Position numbers and translations under genes: made by a program. Shown here piece by piece: positions 52,640 through 64,000 of a stretch of DNA of 64,000 nucleotides. The stretch covers positions 47,500,335 to 47,564,334 of the forward strand of contig JAUZTB010000118.1 in NCBI GenBank assembly GCA_034780895.1, given 5' to 3'. How positions within the stretch are numbered: position 1 is the first letter of the stretch; every line of letters begins with the position of its first letter. The stretch comes from Rhynchobatus australiae. Its lineage: Eukaryota. The notes under the pieces are model-generated. The model was not told the DNA's origin, did not search any database, and was given only the letters and a program-made list of their open reading frames with translations.

Positions 52640-52820
52640 AATGCAATAAATACTCAGCAGTTCAGGCAGCATCTGTGCAGATGGAAGCTGAGTTAATGTT
52701 TCAGACTGATGAGCCATTAACACCTGAAATATTAATTCTCCACAGATGCTGCCTGACTTGCTTTGTATTTCCAGCATGTTCTACTTTAATTCAGATTTCC
52801 AGCCTCTGCAGTGTTTTGGT
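52640..52820. mobile_element. Palindromic (inverted) copy of the Penelope-type terminal repeat
   Basis: TCAGGCAGCATCTGTG (52662-52677) is the exact reverse complement of 52741-52756. The inner arms TTAATGTTTCAG and CTGAAATATTAA also pair. Confidence 0.75.
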
Positions 52821-53329
52821 TTTAGAGCACCTTAGGAAATTGGAAGAGAGAGAACCTCATCACCATTAGGGGAGAGGAGAGAGAGCCATCTCCCATGGGA
52901 GAGGGTGGAGGAGACCAGAGGTTGAATCTTGCTGGTTGAAAGTTTTAATGGACTCAGATTAATGAGCAGTGAGAATTAAAGCTCATGTTTGATCAAATAA
53001 GACAGGCTCAATTTATTCAACTCTGTTTTACAGATTAGGATTTCTTAGTTATAAGTTTCTTCATATATACATGGACTTTATAAGAGGAAGTATGAGATTT
53101 TAATTAACTTTTTTATCATCAGCTTAGATAGCTTCACAGTATCAGTGAGTAACATTTAAGAAAGATTGCAGGCATTGGGTCCAGTATATAGTAAAAGCAG
53201 GCTGTGATCTAAATAGCTTCAGGGACCTTGACACTCCTTTNNNNNNNNNNNNNNNNNNNNNNNNNNNNNNNNNNNNNNNNNNNTCTGCCCTTAAATTTGT
53301 TACTCGTGAACTTCAAATGTCTATTTTCA

Positions 53330-53915
53330 AAAGAAGTACAGAGTGATAGGATTAGGCCATTCAGTCCCTTGAGCCCGATTCCTCATTCAGATACATCATG
53401 GCTAAAATGTATTTCAGCACCATATTGTTTACTTGAACCCAACAAAACTCTATCAGTCTCAGTTCCATAATCTCTGATTGCCCTGTTATATTACAAAGTC
53501 TTTAGAGGGTAGAGAACATCAACTTCTGTGAAAAGAAGTATTTTCACAATCCCCTCCCAAATGGTATAACTCTAAGTTGAAGGTGACATCTCCTGGTTCT
53601 GACTTCCTTCAATAGAGGATGCTTTCCCTCTATGTACCGTAACTGAGTCCTTTTTATATTTAAACTCTTTAACATGCTCAATTTTATACAAGAATCTCAG
53701 TTGGATACCTTTCAGATGATGTGCTGTACCCCTGCAAGGCTCGCCACAGGCATCAGGATGAGGTATAATCAAGCCTTTATATAACTGAAGCATAACTTCT
53801 TCTACTCTTGAGATAAAGGTTGACATTCAACTAGGTATCTAATTGCAATTTGCATTTGGCTATAGGCTTTACATCATTTATGTCTTTGGACTCGCAAATT
53901 TCTTTACTCTTGTGC
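53330..53915 (-). mobile_element. Decayed CR1 3' fragment
   Basis: Minus ORF 53572-53826 FISR..EVMLQLYKGLI.PH is a CR1 RT C-terminal motif. Confidence 0.65.
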
Positions 53916-54444
53916 AGTCCCNNNNNNNNNNNNNNNNNNNNNNNNNNNNNNNNNNNNNNNNNNNNNNNNNNNNNNNNNNNNNNNNNNNNNNNNNNNNNNN
54001 NNNNNNNNNNNNNNNNNNNNNATTCAACCAAGAAATACTGAATGACACAAGTGAAGGTTTGTCAACTGAGACAAGTGAAGGCCTATTAAAGTTTGTTAGT
54101 TTTTGTTCACTCTCAAAAGATGTGTTTCTGTAATATATGGTGTACCAAGTAGGAGTCATTTTGGCATCCAGGATCATGATTAACTGCTGCTTTTGTGATT
54201 TTAATCTGTGGCATCTCATTTATTAGGAATTGCAGAACATGCCAGATTAGAGTTTGCAAATCAGAGGTACAACTGGGTGTGGACAATTTGCATGATTGTT
54301 TCAACAGCATCTATGACAAAATGGCATCAACCAGTGAGTCAGAGGTGCAGTGGGGCAGATGATTAACTGTCCAGCCAATAGTCTATTGTACAATTTAATG
54401 TGCTTACATTGATGACACTGCAGTTGCTAACAGACTGGTAAGCA

Positions 54445-54715
54445 GAAGGCTGCTCCAGAGGTCTGATTTCAAGTCCCACTATTCCAGCTGTGGATTTGAA
54501 ATTCAGTTAATAAACTGGAATTAAATCAAAACTAGTAGTCAGTAATGATGGCAACAAGACTATTGGATTGTTGTGAAAGCCTATCAGGGGAGAGGTCTGC
54601 CATCCTGACCTGCCCCATGTGTGACACCAGACCTGCAACAATGCAGTTGATTCTTAAATGCCCTCAGCAAGCAGCTCCATTTCAAGAAAGTTAGGGACAA
54701 GCAATAAATGCCCAA
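54445..54715 (+). mobile_element. SINE-like element sharing a 3' tail with the LINE at 40475-40805
   Basis: B-box-like TTTCAAGTCCCAC, body TCTGCCATCCTGACC..GTGACACCAGACC, and tail AGTTAGGGACAAGCAATAAATGCC. Confidence 0.55.
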
Positions 54716-55334
54716 ATCTTAGGGAAAAAAAAACACACAAAGTCAACTTACTCAGAATTATTTAAAGAGCAGTAGAAATAGAAACTACAGCAACTTCTCC
54801 CAATAAAAGCAGCATGCAGTCACTAATAATTTATATGCATTAAATGAATTTCAGTCAAATACAATGGTATAGTCAGCAAGCTTGATTTATGGTGGAATTA
54901 TCCAGTCATTTCCAAAGTGCCAGTCCATAGTGTTGTCACAGTGCCAGCTTGTTTAAAATTTACAATTGATGACTATTTATTCACACTGTATAAAGAACAG
55001 TGAGTACAGAAATGTTCTTACAGCAGCCAGAAAAGATAGCAATATGTGCCTGAGGCATCCATGTTTAGAATCCCATTGGGATCAGTGCAAGCAGTTGAAC
55101 CCACCTCTTTCAGTAGGTGTCAACAACTCTGGAGGCAACAGGATTGCATTATTTATTTTAACTTAATGCCACCTATAAACTAAGATAAACAATGGTCAAT
55201 TCATTTATTCACATCATTCATAACGGGTGACATGATGAGTCTGCAGAACAGACCCATTGACGCACCATGTCACACTCAACTAATCAGAATAGCTACCCTT
55301 TCACCTCAACTATTGCCTCCTTGGTATCAAATAT

Positions 55335-55795
55335 GCCACAGTTGGTAGCACATTTATGCTTGAGTTGGAAGGTTCTGGGGTCAAATGCCACATGAGAGAC
55401 TTGAGCACAAAAGGCCAGTACTCCAGTGCAGTGCAGACGGAATGGTACACTGTTGGAGGTACTGTTTTTTGGATGAGATTATAAATTGAGGTCTGTCTGG
55501 TCTCAAGCAGTTGTGATGTGTCTTTCGGCATTACTGTTTTTTGAGCAATGGGAGTGAATTAAGCCTGATGCCCTGGCTAATATTTATCTCTTAACCAACG
55601 TCACAGAATAAAATTATTTGGTCATTAATACTATGTTATTTATGGGAGCTTCCTGAATGCAAATTATCTGCTGTATTCCCTTCATTATACAGCACATCAG
55701 AAAAGTATTCATTTTTAGCTTTTATCCAAAACTGTAACGTGGTTTTGGACATTGTAAAAGGTGCTACACAAATGCAAGATTTTCTTTTGAACTCT
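55335..55795 (+). mobile_element. SacSINE1/DeuSINE-like SINE
   Basis: tRNA-like head (CAGTTGGTAGCAC..GGGTCAAATGCC), Deu-like CCTGGCTAATATTTATCTCTTAACCAAC and tail AAAGGTGCTACACAAATGCAAG. Confidence 0.7.
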
Positions 55796-58700
55796 TCTTT
55801 GTTTCTCATTTCTTTCTTTCCCAACCGAATTAAAACATACTGTAAGTCAAAGCCTATTTCCTATTTTGTTCAGTGTCATTGATTCCTGGGCTTTACAAAA
55901 TATACAGCAACGTATACACATATATGCATTTGAACAATAAAGTAATTGAGTAGTATAAGCAATAAAATAAAAAATAATAACAATGATTTAAAAAGGAGAA
56001 ATTTTATTTGTAATATAGATTTTGTTATCTCAAGCATTGCAAAGCTCATTACAGTCAATAAAAAAACTTCTGAAGTGTAGTCCCTTGTATGAATGAAAAG
56101 CTGCATGGTGCTGTGCTGCTGGATGTGTAAGCAGAGGAATGAATGGCCTGAGTTGGCTGATCCAGTTAGGGAAATGATGGGGATCATTATAATTTAATCT
56201 GATGGGAATGAGAAACCCTCACCAGCATTTCCATTCTTGCATCACTTTCCAGTGGAGCCCTTCTGGAAACTGAATTTATCCAGATACTCTGAAGACAGGA
56301 TTAGGGCTTTCATAGTTGAAAAGGTAGCTCGTTTTCACATGAGGATTGGGTGGATGGAAATGGAAGTGGAGACTGCAGTAGCCTGGCAGAAGTTACCAGA
56401 TCCAGGAGACTGAAGCAAGGCAGACGAGTGAAAGGATGTCTGTGAGTTGGAGGATTTTGCTTTAATAGCTAATGATGTCTGAAAATCTAAGATTCCTGTT
56501 TGATGCTGACTTTTTTTATTCATTCTCTAATAGCCTGCTTATATACATCTTTAATGTTTAATGTTAATCCTGATTTCCCAATGTGCTTGCAGGAAACGTT
56601 GGTGTGCATGGCAAGTCCTTGATGTGTTGCTAAATTCACAGGAGGTTAATAATGTCTTGTGATGCCAGTATTGTAGATTTATCAAGGAATAATCTGCACC
56701 TGACTACAAAGAAATTCAGTATCCATTATAGATGTATATTGTTCTGCATTGGGAATAACAAAAATGTAGAGAGCAGAATCCTGATGAATTGCTTGATTGT
56801 CAGAGGAAGTGAAAATTTTATATTGTTGTCCTTGTGAGTGGGTGTATTGATTTGATTTGCATATTTTATGTTCAACATAGTTGGTTCTGTTACTGCAGCT
56901 TGACTCAATGATAACACCTTCAGTTCTGTTGCAGAACTACTCCAGGTTCAGGGCACAGCCTTCTGAATACTGCTGATGGGATGTGACATTGCTGGAGACA
57001 CTATTGTTTGAAGAGATCATAAACTGTGGTCCTCCTCAGGTGGACATAACAGGTCCCTGTTACAATCCAAAGTGCAGGTTTTTTTCTCCAGTGCCCTGGG
57101 CAATAGTGATTCCTCAACAAACATTGCTATACCATATTACACTGCTGTTTTTGGGCAAATTTGCAACTGCCTTATAACAGTGACTATACTTTCAAGTATA
57201 GGTGATAGGTGATATATAAACACAAGGGATATTAAATTGAGGTTCCATCTCCCTCGTCAGATATTTGTCAAAGTCGCCTTGGCACGATTTTAAAGAATAA
57301 CAGATGAAGCAGTGATGTATCATATTGCCTTTAATTGCAGTGTTATTGCTAGCAATCTGCCTACAAAATGTTCTTATAAAATGATTTGGTGAAGGTCTTG
57401 GGAAAGTGAAGGAGATGGATGGAACTATATGAATGGAGGTTTTTCTATTACAGACCTGAGATATACTTCAGCAATTGTTTTGCTTCTGGACTTTGTAATT
57501 TGACTTTTGTGCTAGTTCAACTAAGTGTCACTTACACTAGTGCTAGCTGTATATTCTCACAATGTATCGATTTCCCCAGTTCCATCTGACCTGCAGAATC
57601 TGTTTATTCTTGCCCCATGTGGTTTAACCTGAAGAGTTCAAAAAACAATCTACTGTTCTTTCCATATTAACTTGCATTTGATTGTTAGGACATTAGCTTT
57701 ATGTTTAACCTAGTGGGTCACAGAACATTGGTTGACAGGGATAAATGGAAAGCAATGTCTGTAGGGTTTATGCATGAATTAGAGAGCCGTTTTTCTTCCT
57801 CCATTTCTTGTATTAAATGGACTTGCAGCAGATGTTGTGCCTTGGTGGGAGGTATATTGCTGAGTCTTAGTGTGAGTACATCTGTTGTGGATTGTTATAC
57901 AAAGGAGGGAGCCTTAACCCCTTGTCTCACAGTTTAGGAGTGACTTTGGAATTACTTGAAGGAAGCTATCTGCAGATTAATGCAAGCAATTTACCCCTGA
58001 CTATCTGGGTGACCATAGGCGTTCCCTCTTCTACACTTCAACGTAATTAATATAGCAGCATGACCAGAAACACTTTGGTTAAAGAGTCCCATTTGCACTC
58101 TTTGATAACAGAGGCTATAGCCCCTACTGAAAGTTTATTTTACAAAAAAACATGCAAAGTGCCTTTGACTTTGAATAGAATCCCTGCCGTATGCAAAAGG
58201 CTTATCGCTGCATTGAATTCAGTCTCATTGTGTCCACTCTCCCCAACAAGTTTTCAGTTTTCATTTCATTCACAAGAGGCTTGGAGGTGAAGCTGTTAAT
58301 CACCTGCTGTGTGAAATACTGGGATACACACAAGGACAACGTGGTCTGCAGGCCAGAAATGCCTTGCTTTGACTTAGCAAAGCTGGCCAGAGCTTTTGAA
58401 TAGAGTTTTGTTTGTCTCAGAGTCTGGATTTGTAAAGGACTGATTAATGGAAGTTTTGGGTGATAGAAACATTGGCGGAAACCCATTCATTGTTCAAGAT
58501 CCGGGCCTGCTGCATGAACAACTGGGTGGCAGACTATGTTCTCACTGTCAGTCGTGCTGTTGTTACTTTGATCTCCCCATGTGCTTGCTTCCACTCACTG
58601 ATGCTGCCAGGGCAGTCAGGCAGCACTTTCTTGAAAGACCAGAAGACAATTGAATCCTCTTCACTGAGGAATTGGCATTTGTTTGAGACACCATCTATTC

Positions 58701-58999
58701 TGGGACAGTATTTGAAATGTTTAACCTCAGTGATTTTTGCTATGCCTTGTATTTTAATCTGGGTTTGTTAGAATGATACTGACTCCTCATAAAATACTCA
58801 CCACATCCTACTGTCCAGNNNNNNNNNNATTAGTCCCACCAAAAAGTTACAAATATTCTTCCTGCTTTTTAATGAACCAGAATTACCTGAAAACTGTGCT
58901 CTCATTTTATAACTTAAGAAAGTTGTTGCTGTTCTTTGAAGGCAGAAAGGTGTGTAATAAAGATTAAATCAAACACACGGATTTTCATGAGGAAAGGAA

Positions 59000-59400
59000 A
59001 AGCAATAACTTGTATTTACAAAGTGCTTTAACTGACCTCAGTACATCCCAAAGTACTTTAGAGCTAATTAAGTACTTCTTTGGTGTGTAGTCACTGTTGT
59101 AATGGAAAGTCAATTTGCACACAGCAAGCTCGACAAATGAGATAGTGAATAGTTAGTCTGTTTAAATGATAGTGTACGAGGGGTAAACATTGGCAAAGCC
59201 ACTATGGAGGATTCCCTTTCTCTTCTTCAAATAGCGCTTTAGAGATTTTTACATCCATCTAAGGGATCAGATGGGGCCTCAGTTTAATAATGTAAACCAC
59301 CCTTGTCAGAACACCAATCCCTCTGCAAAGCACTGAAGTGAAAGACCGGATTATGTAGTGGAACTTGAAGCTAAAGTTGTCTGAAATCAGATGAGGGAGC
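59000..59400 (-). mobile_element. SacSINE1/DeuSINE-like SINE, reverse orientation
   Basis: ACTTGTATTTACAAAGTGCTTT..CATCCCAAAGTACTTT..GTAGTCACTGTTGTAATG..TTTGCACACAGCAAGCTC is the reverse complement of the tail and Deu domain. Confidence 0.65.
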
Positions 59401-59574
59401 CACTGGAGCCAACAACATGGTACGAATTTAGCTCCTTTTTCTCTCTGGAAAAAGAACAGATCATGATTTTGAAAATTTTAAAAGATATTAAGAAAACTAA
59501 TTAAAACAAATTGCTCAGCACATTGAAAAAATCATACATTGAGAGACAGGCCAGCAAATTGAGGAAGGAAAGCA

Positions 59575-59720
59575 GACAATGCTGGAAGTGCTTAGATGAA
59601 CCGATGAAAAGTCCTTGACCTGAAACATTGATTCTTGATTCTCCCCCCACAGATACTGCCTGACCTGTATCCTGCATCTTTTATTTTTGTTTGGATTTCC
59701 AGCATCTGCAGTTTTTTGAT
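59575..59720 (+). mobile_element. Penelope-type terminal repeat remnant
   Basis: CGATGAAAAGTCCTTGACCTGAAACATTGA..CACAGATACTGCCTGACCTG..GATTTCCAGCATCTGCAGT. Confidence 0.65.
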
Positions 59721-60164
59721 CTGATACAAATGAGGAAGCTCGGGAAGGAATTTTACATTCAAAGGGTGATAGACCATTGGGTGATTATTCAGGATGGTCT
59801 CAGAAGCACACTAGTGTATGTGGACTCAAGGAATAATTAGTTACAATTCTGGAAGGGGATCAGATGAGAAGGTGGGTTTCATGCAGAGGATCAATCAAGG
59901 TCTTATTGAANNNNNNNNNNNNNNNNNNNNNNNNNNNNNNNNNNNNNNNNNNNNAAAGAACTATTCAATTAGTTCCTTTCCCCTTGTTCTTACTCCATAA
60001 ATGGTGCCATTCCAATGAAGACTCTCGTTTTTTGTTTAACATCTACATTCGATTCCAGTGATCCTGACTTAAAAGGGCCCTAGTTAATCCTCTGCATCCC
60101 TAGAGAGCAGCACAGGTCTGCTTTCACCACCAAGAAGATGACCTCACATCTGACAGCAGAGAAT

Positions 60165-60455
60165 AGAGGGTGTGCTTTAAAGGTGAGGGGGGTAAGTTCA
60201 AAGGAGAAGTTTTTCACACAGTGGTGGATGCCTGGAATGCGCTGCCAGGGGTAGTAGTGGAGGCAAATACAATAGAGATGTTTCAGAGGCTCTTAGATAG
60301 GCGCATGAAAATGCAGAGAATGGAAGGATATGGACGTGTAGAGAGAAGGGATTAGTTTAGTTAGGAGTTTAATTACTAGTTTAATTAGTTTGCTACAACA
60401 TCGTGGACCGAAGGGCCTGTTCCTGTGCTGTTTTGTTCTATGTTCAATGTTCTAT
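60165..60455 (+). mobile_element. CR1 LINE 3' end
   Basis: ORF 60170-60355 (VVDAWNALPGVVVEA.TI..F.R.LDR) and tail CCGAAGGGCCTGTTCCTGTGCTG..TTCTATGTTC. Confidence 0.85.
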
Positions 60456-62689
60456 TTAATAGATCAAAGGAAGTGAATTAGGACCATCCTCTCACCCAAC
60501 AACCCCCCCCCCCCACCACCCCCAACCACTGATGATCATCTTCCAATAGCTAACCCCAGGNNNNNNNNNNNNNNNNNNNNNNNNNNNNNNNNNNNNNNNN
60601 NNNNNNNNNNNNNNNNNNNNNNNNNNNNNNNNNNNNNNNNNNNNNNNCTGAGCAAAGGGGTCTTGGTTGTCAGACGCTGTAAAATAACACAATCGTTTCA
60701 GAAAAAATTCTTTTTGCAAGCACACCATGTTCATATTGGCACCACTATTACATTAAATTACAAAGCCACAGATCTTGAATCATAACTGTGGCACAACAGG
60801 GTCTGTTCATGCACTGTGCTATCATCCTGTGGTGGTGTGGGACAGGACCAGCTCCTTTAGCGGGTATGTCAAGTGGCAGCAAATTAAAAAAAGTAATTGC
60901 CACTGTGTTCAGCTCCATCTGAATTGACACAGTGGTCGGCAGCCAATAATTCCACTCTGGAGACAGTCTAGTAATGGCAGAATGCCACGCTTCACAAATT
61001 ATTTTACTAAAGCATGTGTTTCTGTCCTTAATGATGTTGGGGAGATGAACAGACTTTTCCTCTGCAAGTTTAGAAGTATCTTTTGGAATTACTGGGTAGG
61101 GATGAATTGGGGAGGGAAATGGGGGGATGTCCCTTTAAATTTCCTGCACTATATGTAGCAATTCCAACCATGCATATGACAAAAAGTAAAGGCAGTTGTT
61201 GATTTGTTTGAGCATTCATACAATGGTGCTGGTCTTCAACTTTTGTCTGGTATTCACCATGCCTGCACTATTCATAATTACCTGTTCAAGTGTGAGTAAC
61301 ATTAATTCAATTGGTTCTGGAAATCTACCTCTATACTTTATTAGCCCCTTCAGCATGATGCACTTAATAATCAGAAAGAAGCTGAATCATTTTCTCTTCA
61401 ATCAAATGAATACATATTTATGCATTGGGAACATAAACTGAGAACAAAAGTGGGGCCTATTGTTTGCAGCTGATCTAGCTTTTCTTTCAGAAATTGGTGA
61501 CACGTTAGTTGAATTATACATCTTAAAGATAGTGTGATTGTTAAACAGGTTTCTGTGAAGCTGGAAGTTTAAATAGAACACTTGCCATTTGGTACCATTT
61601 TATTCTCAAGATGCTTCAGTTCCTTACTTGAGCGCTACTGCTGAGTATACCGAAACTGGGACATCTGTTTTATTTTATATCTCTGTGTAAACTACACACT
61701 TCTCAGATGAATCGCATCATTGAAGTTGAAGTTCAACAGTGGTACTGTTGTCATTTCCCTGTAAATACTGAAAATCAGAAAAATGGCAAAATCGCATCAT
61801 ATTCCAATGGTTCAGAGAATGAATGGTCATGAGAAAGACAAAAAACACTGATATTTTTTGTTTATTCTTTGCGCAGATTTTTAGTTTGTGAAGGAACTGA
61901 TCCACATTTGTCTTTGATAAGTGTTCCTTGGGTTTCTACCTTTGAGTACAAAGCTACACAATGATGCAAAAGTGCCAATGTGTGTGTGCATGTTTGTTTT
62001 CAGTGTTCTTTGTGGCTGCACTTCTGTTCTTAGTTTTCTTCCTGATTGGTTAAGTATTTAAGTCCCTGCTTTCTCCATTTATATTGCTCATTCCCTCCAT
62101 TTACACACTGCAGAAAGCTCTCTCTTTCTAAAAGTTGCTTGTTTTCTTGCAATTGCACACAACCAAAAATATTCACATTACAGCCGAACACATCTTTCAG
62201 AGAGAGTACACATGAGAAAAGAAAATCAGCAACAATAAAATATTACACTTGTTCCAACAGCACGGTGCACTGCACAGGGACTCTGAAAGTGCTCTGCATT
62301 CCTAACCTGTGGTCCTTTTTACTGTACCCTAGCCAGTAGAATTCCCATAGTTAGAAGAGTCCAACTGAATGTATGAGCTCAGGATTCTGGTTCTGGTGTA
62401 AAAGCACTCCAATTTCAATAAGTAGATATGTAGTCCTCCTTCTTGCACTGTCAGATTGTTGTTCAGCTGTTTATTCTCCTGAATAGGTCTTTATCTGTCC
62501 AGGATACTAGCTTTGAAATTCCTCCATAAACCTCACCACTTCTGTAGTTCTCTCTTTCTTTTAAGATGCTCCATAAAATTTACCTCTTTAACCAAACATC
62601 GGCATTAATTTCTTCCTTTGTGGCTCATTTCAAATTTTGTGATAATGCTTCTATGATGTGCTTTGGGCAATTATNNNNNNNNGGCGATT

Positions 62690-64000
62690 GTAGGGGGTTA
62701 TTTATGTGATCACTCTTACTGTTCTTCCATTGATTGGCTTTTGATTGCTGTTCTGCTGCCTGTTCTCTGATTGTTGTTGCTTCACCCTGCCCTCCAGTTG
62801 GTGATCCACTTACTGCTCTCTGATGCTTGCTCATTTAGTCAATTGCCTGTTCCGGGAGCACTATCTGCAATCTGCTTTTCGTTCCATTGCCCAAATCTCT
62901 GCTTCTTGCTCCCTTCTGCGCTGTTTTTCCATGGCTCACTCCTCTAACTGCTGTTCCATTGCCTCCTCTCCCTGACTGTTGTTCAACTGCTTGTTCTCTG
63001 GACATTGTCTCGTCAGCCATACTCTGTTGCTTCAACACTATGTTGTTACATTGATTCCCTCTGGTTGTTGCTGCATTGCTCAATGTCTCTGAATATTTCC
63101 GCACTGCAATTTTTTCCTCTAATATTTATTACCACACACACTCTCAGAATGTTGTGCGGTTGCTTGCTCTTTTGTTGGTTCTTTTAATTGATTGTTGCTC
63201 TGTTACCCGTTCTTTGATTGTTAGTTTGATGTTCACTCACATAACTGTTGCTCTGTTTCCTCATGTTACTCCTTTTCCTGATTTCTGATTGTTGATCCAG
63301 TCAGTCCTTTCTTTGCTTGTTGTTCCACTACCCTCCACCACTTCATTGCTAGCTATTCACTGTTGCTACATTGCACACTCATTCTAGTTGTTACTATTTT
63401 GCTGGCTATTTAGACTTGTTTCTTTGCCCATTCGTTGCCTGTTATTCAAATGTTGCTTCATTGAAGACTCTTGTTGTTCTTTTGCCTGATGTCTCTGATT
63501 ACTGCTGCACTGTGTACTCTGCATCATTGTTGTTCCATTACTCACTCTGTTATTTTGCTGTGTTGCTTGATCTCTCTTTGTTGCTTTATTGTCCTTTCTT
63601 TCTGCTTTGTTGATTGTACACTCTCTCCTGTTTATTGGTGGACTCAATCTCATTATTGGTTTCATTGTCCAGTCAGTCTGACTGTTGCATCACCACAATG
63701 CTGTCTGTTCCTGATTCCAGTCCATATTGTCCCTGATTGTTGCTATCTTTATGATCCTTGTTATTTTGCATAGTAACTCTATTTATTCCTTTGCCTCTTT
63801 TCTCTCCTTGCTTCTTCATTATCCTCTATTTGATTGTTACTCCACTGTCCGCTCTCTGAAGGTGCATTTCTCACTGTCTGGTTGCCATAATGTCTACTGT
63901 AACATTGCTGAGCCACCCTTAATGTTGCTCCAGTGACTGAGTGGTCGGAAGCGTTGTTCAGTTGTCCGTACCCCAATTGTTCAGCCTCTCTGATTGTTCC
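62690..64000. repeat. Low-complexity T/pyrimidine-rich degenerate repeat (TGATTGTTGCTCTG-like)
   Basis: Recurrent TGATTG, TGTTGC and TGTTCC words with a strong T>A strand skew. Confidence 0.6.

Noticed and set aside
60461-60477. Overlapping TCF (AGATCAAAGG) and PU.1 (AGGAAGTGAA) sites
   Set aside because: The motif is isolated, abuts a CR1 tail and a gap, and has no supporting context.
46265-64000. Pax5 exon 6 (partial homeodomain)
   Set aside because: No matching sequence was found. Intron 5 is long in other vertebrates, so the exon probably lies beyond the window or in a gap.

Overview
This is eukaryotic, not prokaryotic, DNA. It is a gapped scaffold, most likely from a cartilaginous fish (inferred from HE1/V-SINE-like, SacSINE1/DeuSINE-like, CR1 and Penelope-like repeats). 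It holds the 5' half of a Pax5 gene on the + strand. There are two alternative first coding exons: 1A (15559-15598, MEKNGSALRSIRS-G) and 1B (27390-27432, MEIHCKHDPFAAMH-R). These are followed by paired-box exons 2 (29881-30046) and 3 (37536-37733) and the octapeptide exon 5 (46133-46264). Exon 4 is not visible and probably lies in an N gap; exon 6 onward was not found. A CpG-retaining, repeat-poor domain (about 8.2-37.9 kb) covers both promoters and the paired box, and the flanks are full of decayed retroelements. The most interesting signals are a mammalian-like exon 1A with a uORF-containing leader, a ~31-bp-phased CCAAT array plus a PBX/PREP decamer at the 1B promoter, and a PU.1-IRF composite site next to an octamer in intron 5. 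Penelope-type terminal repeats with hammerhead-like cores also occur. I found no wholly new multi-gene system. Repeat boundaries are approximate, and family names and human comparisons come from recall, not database searches.
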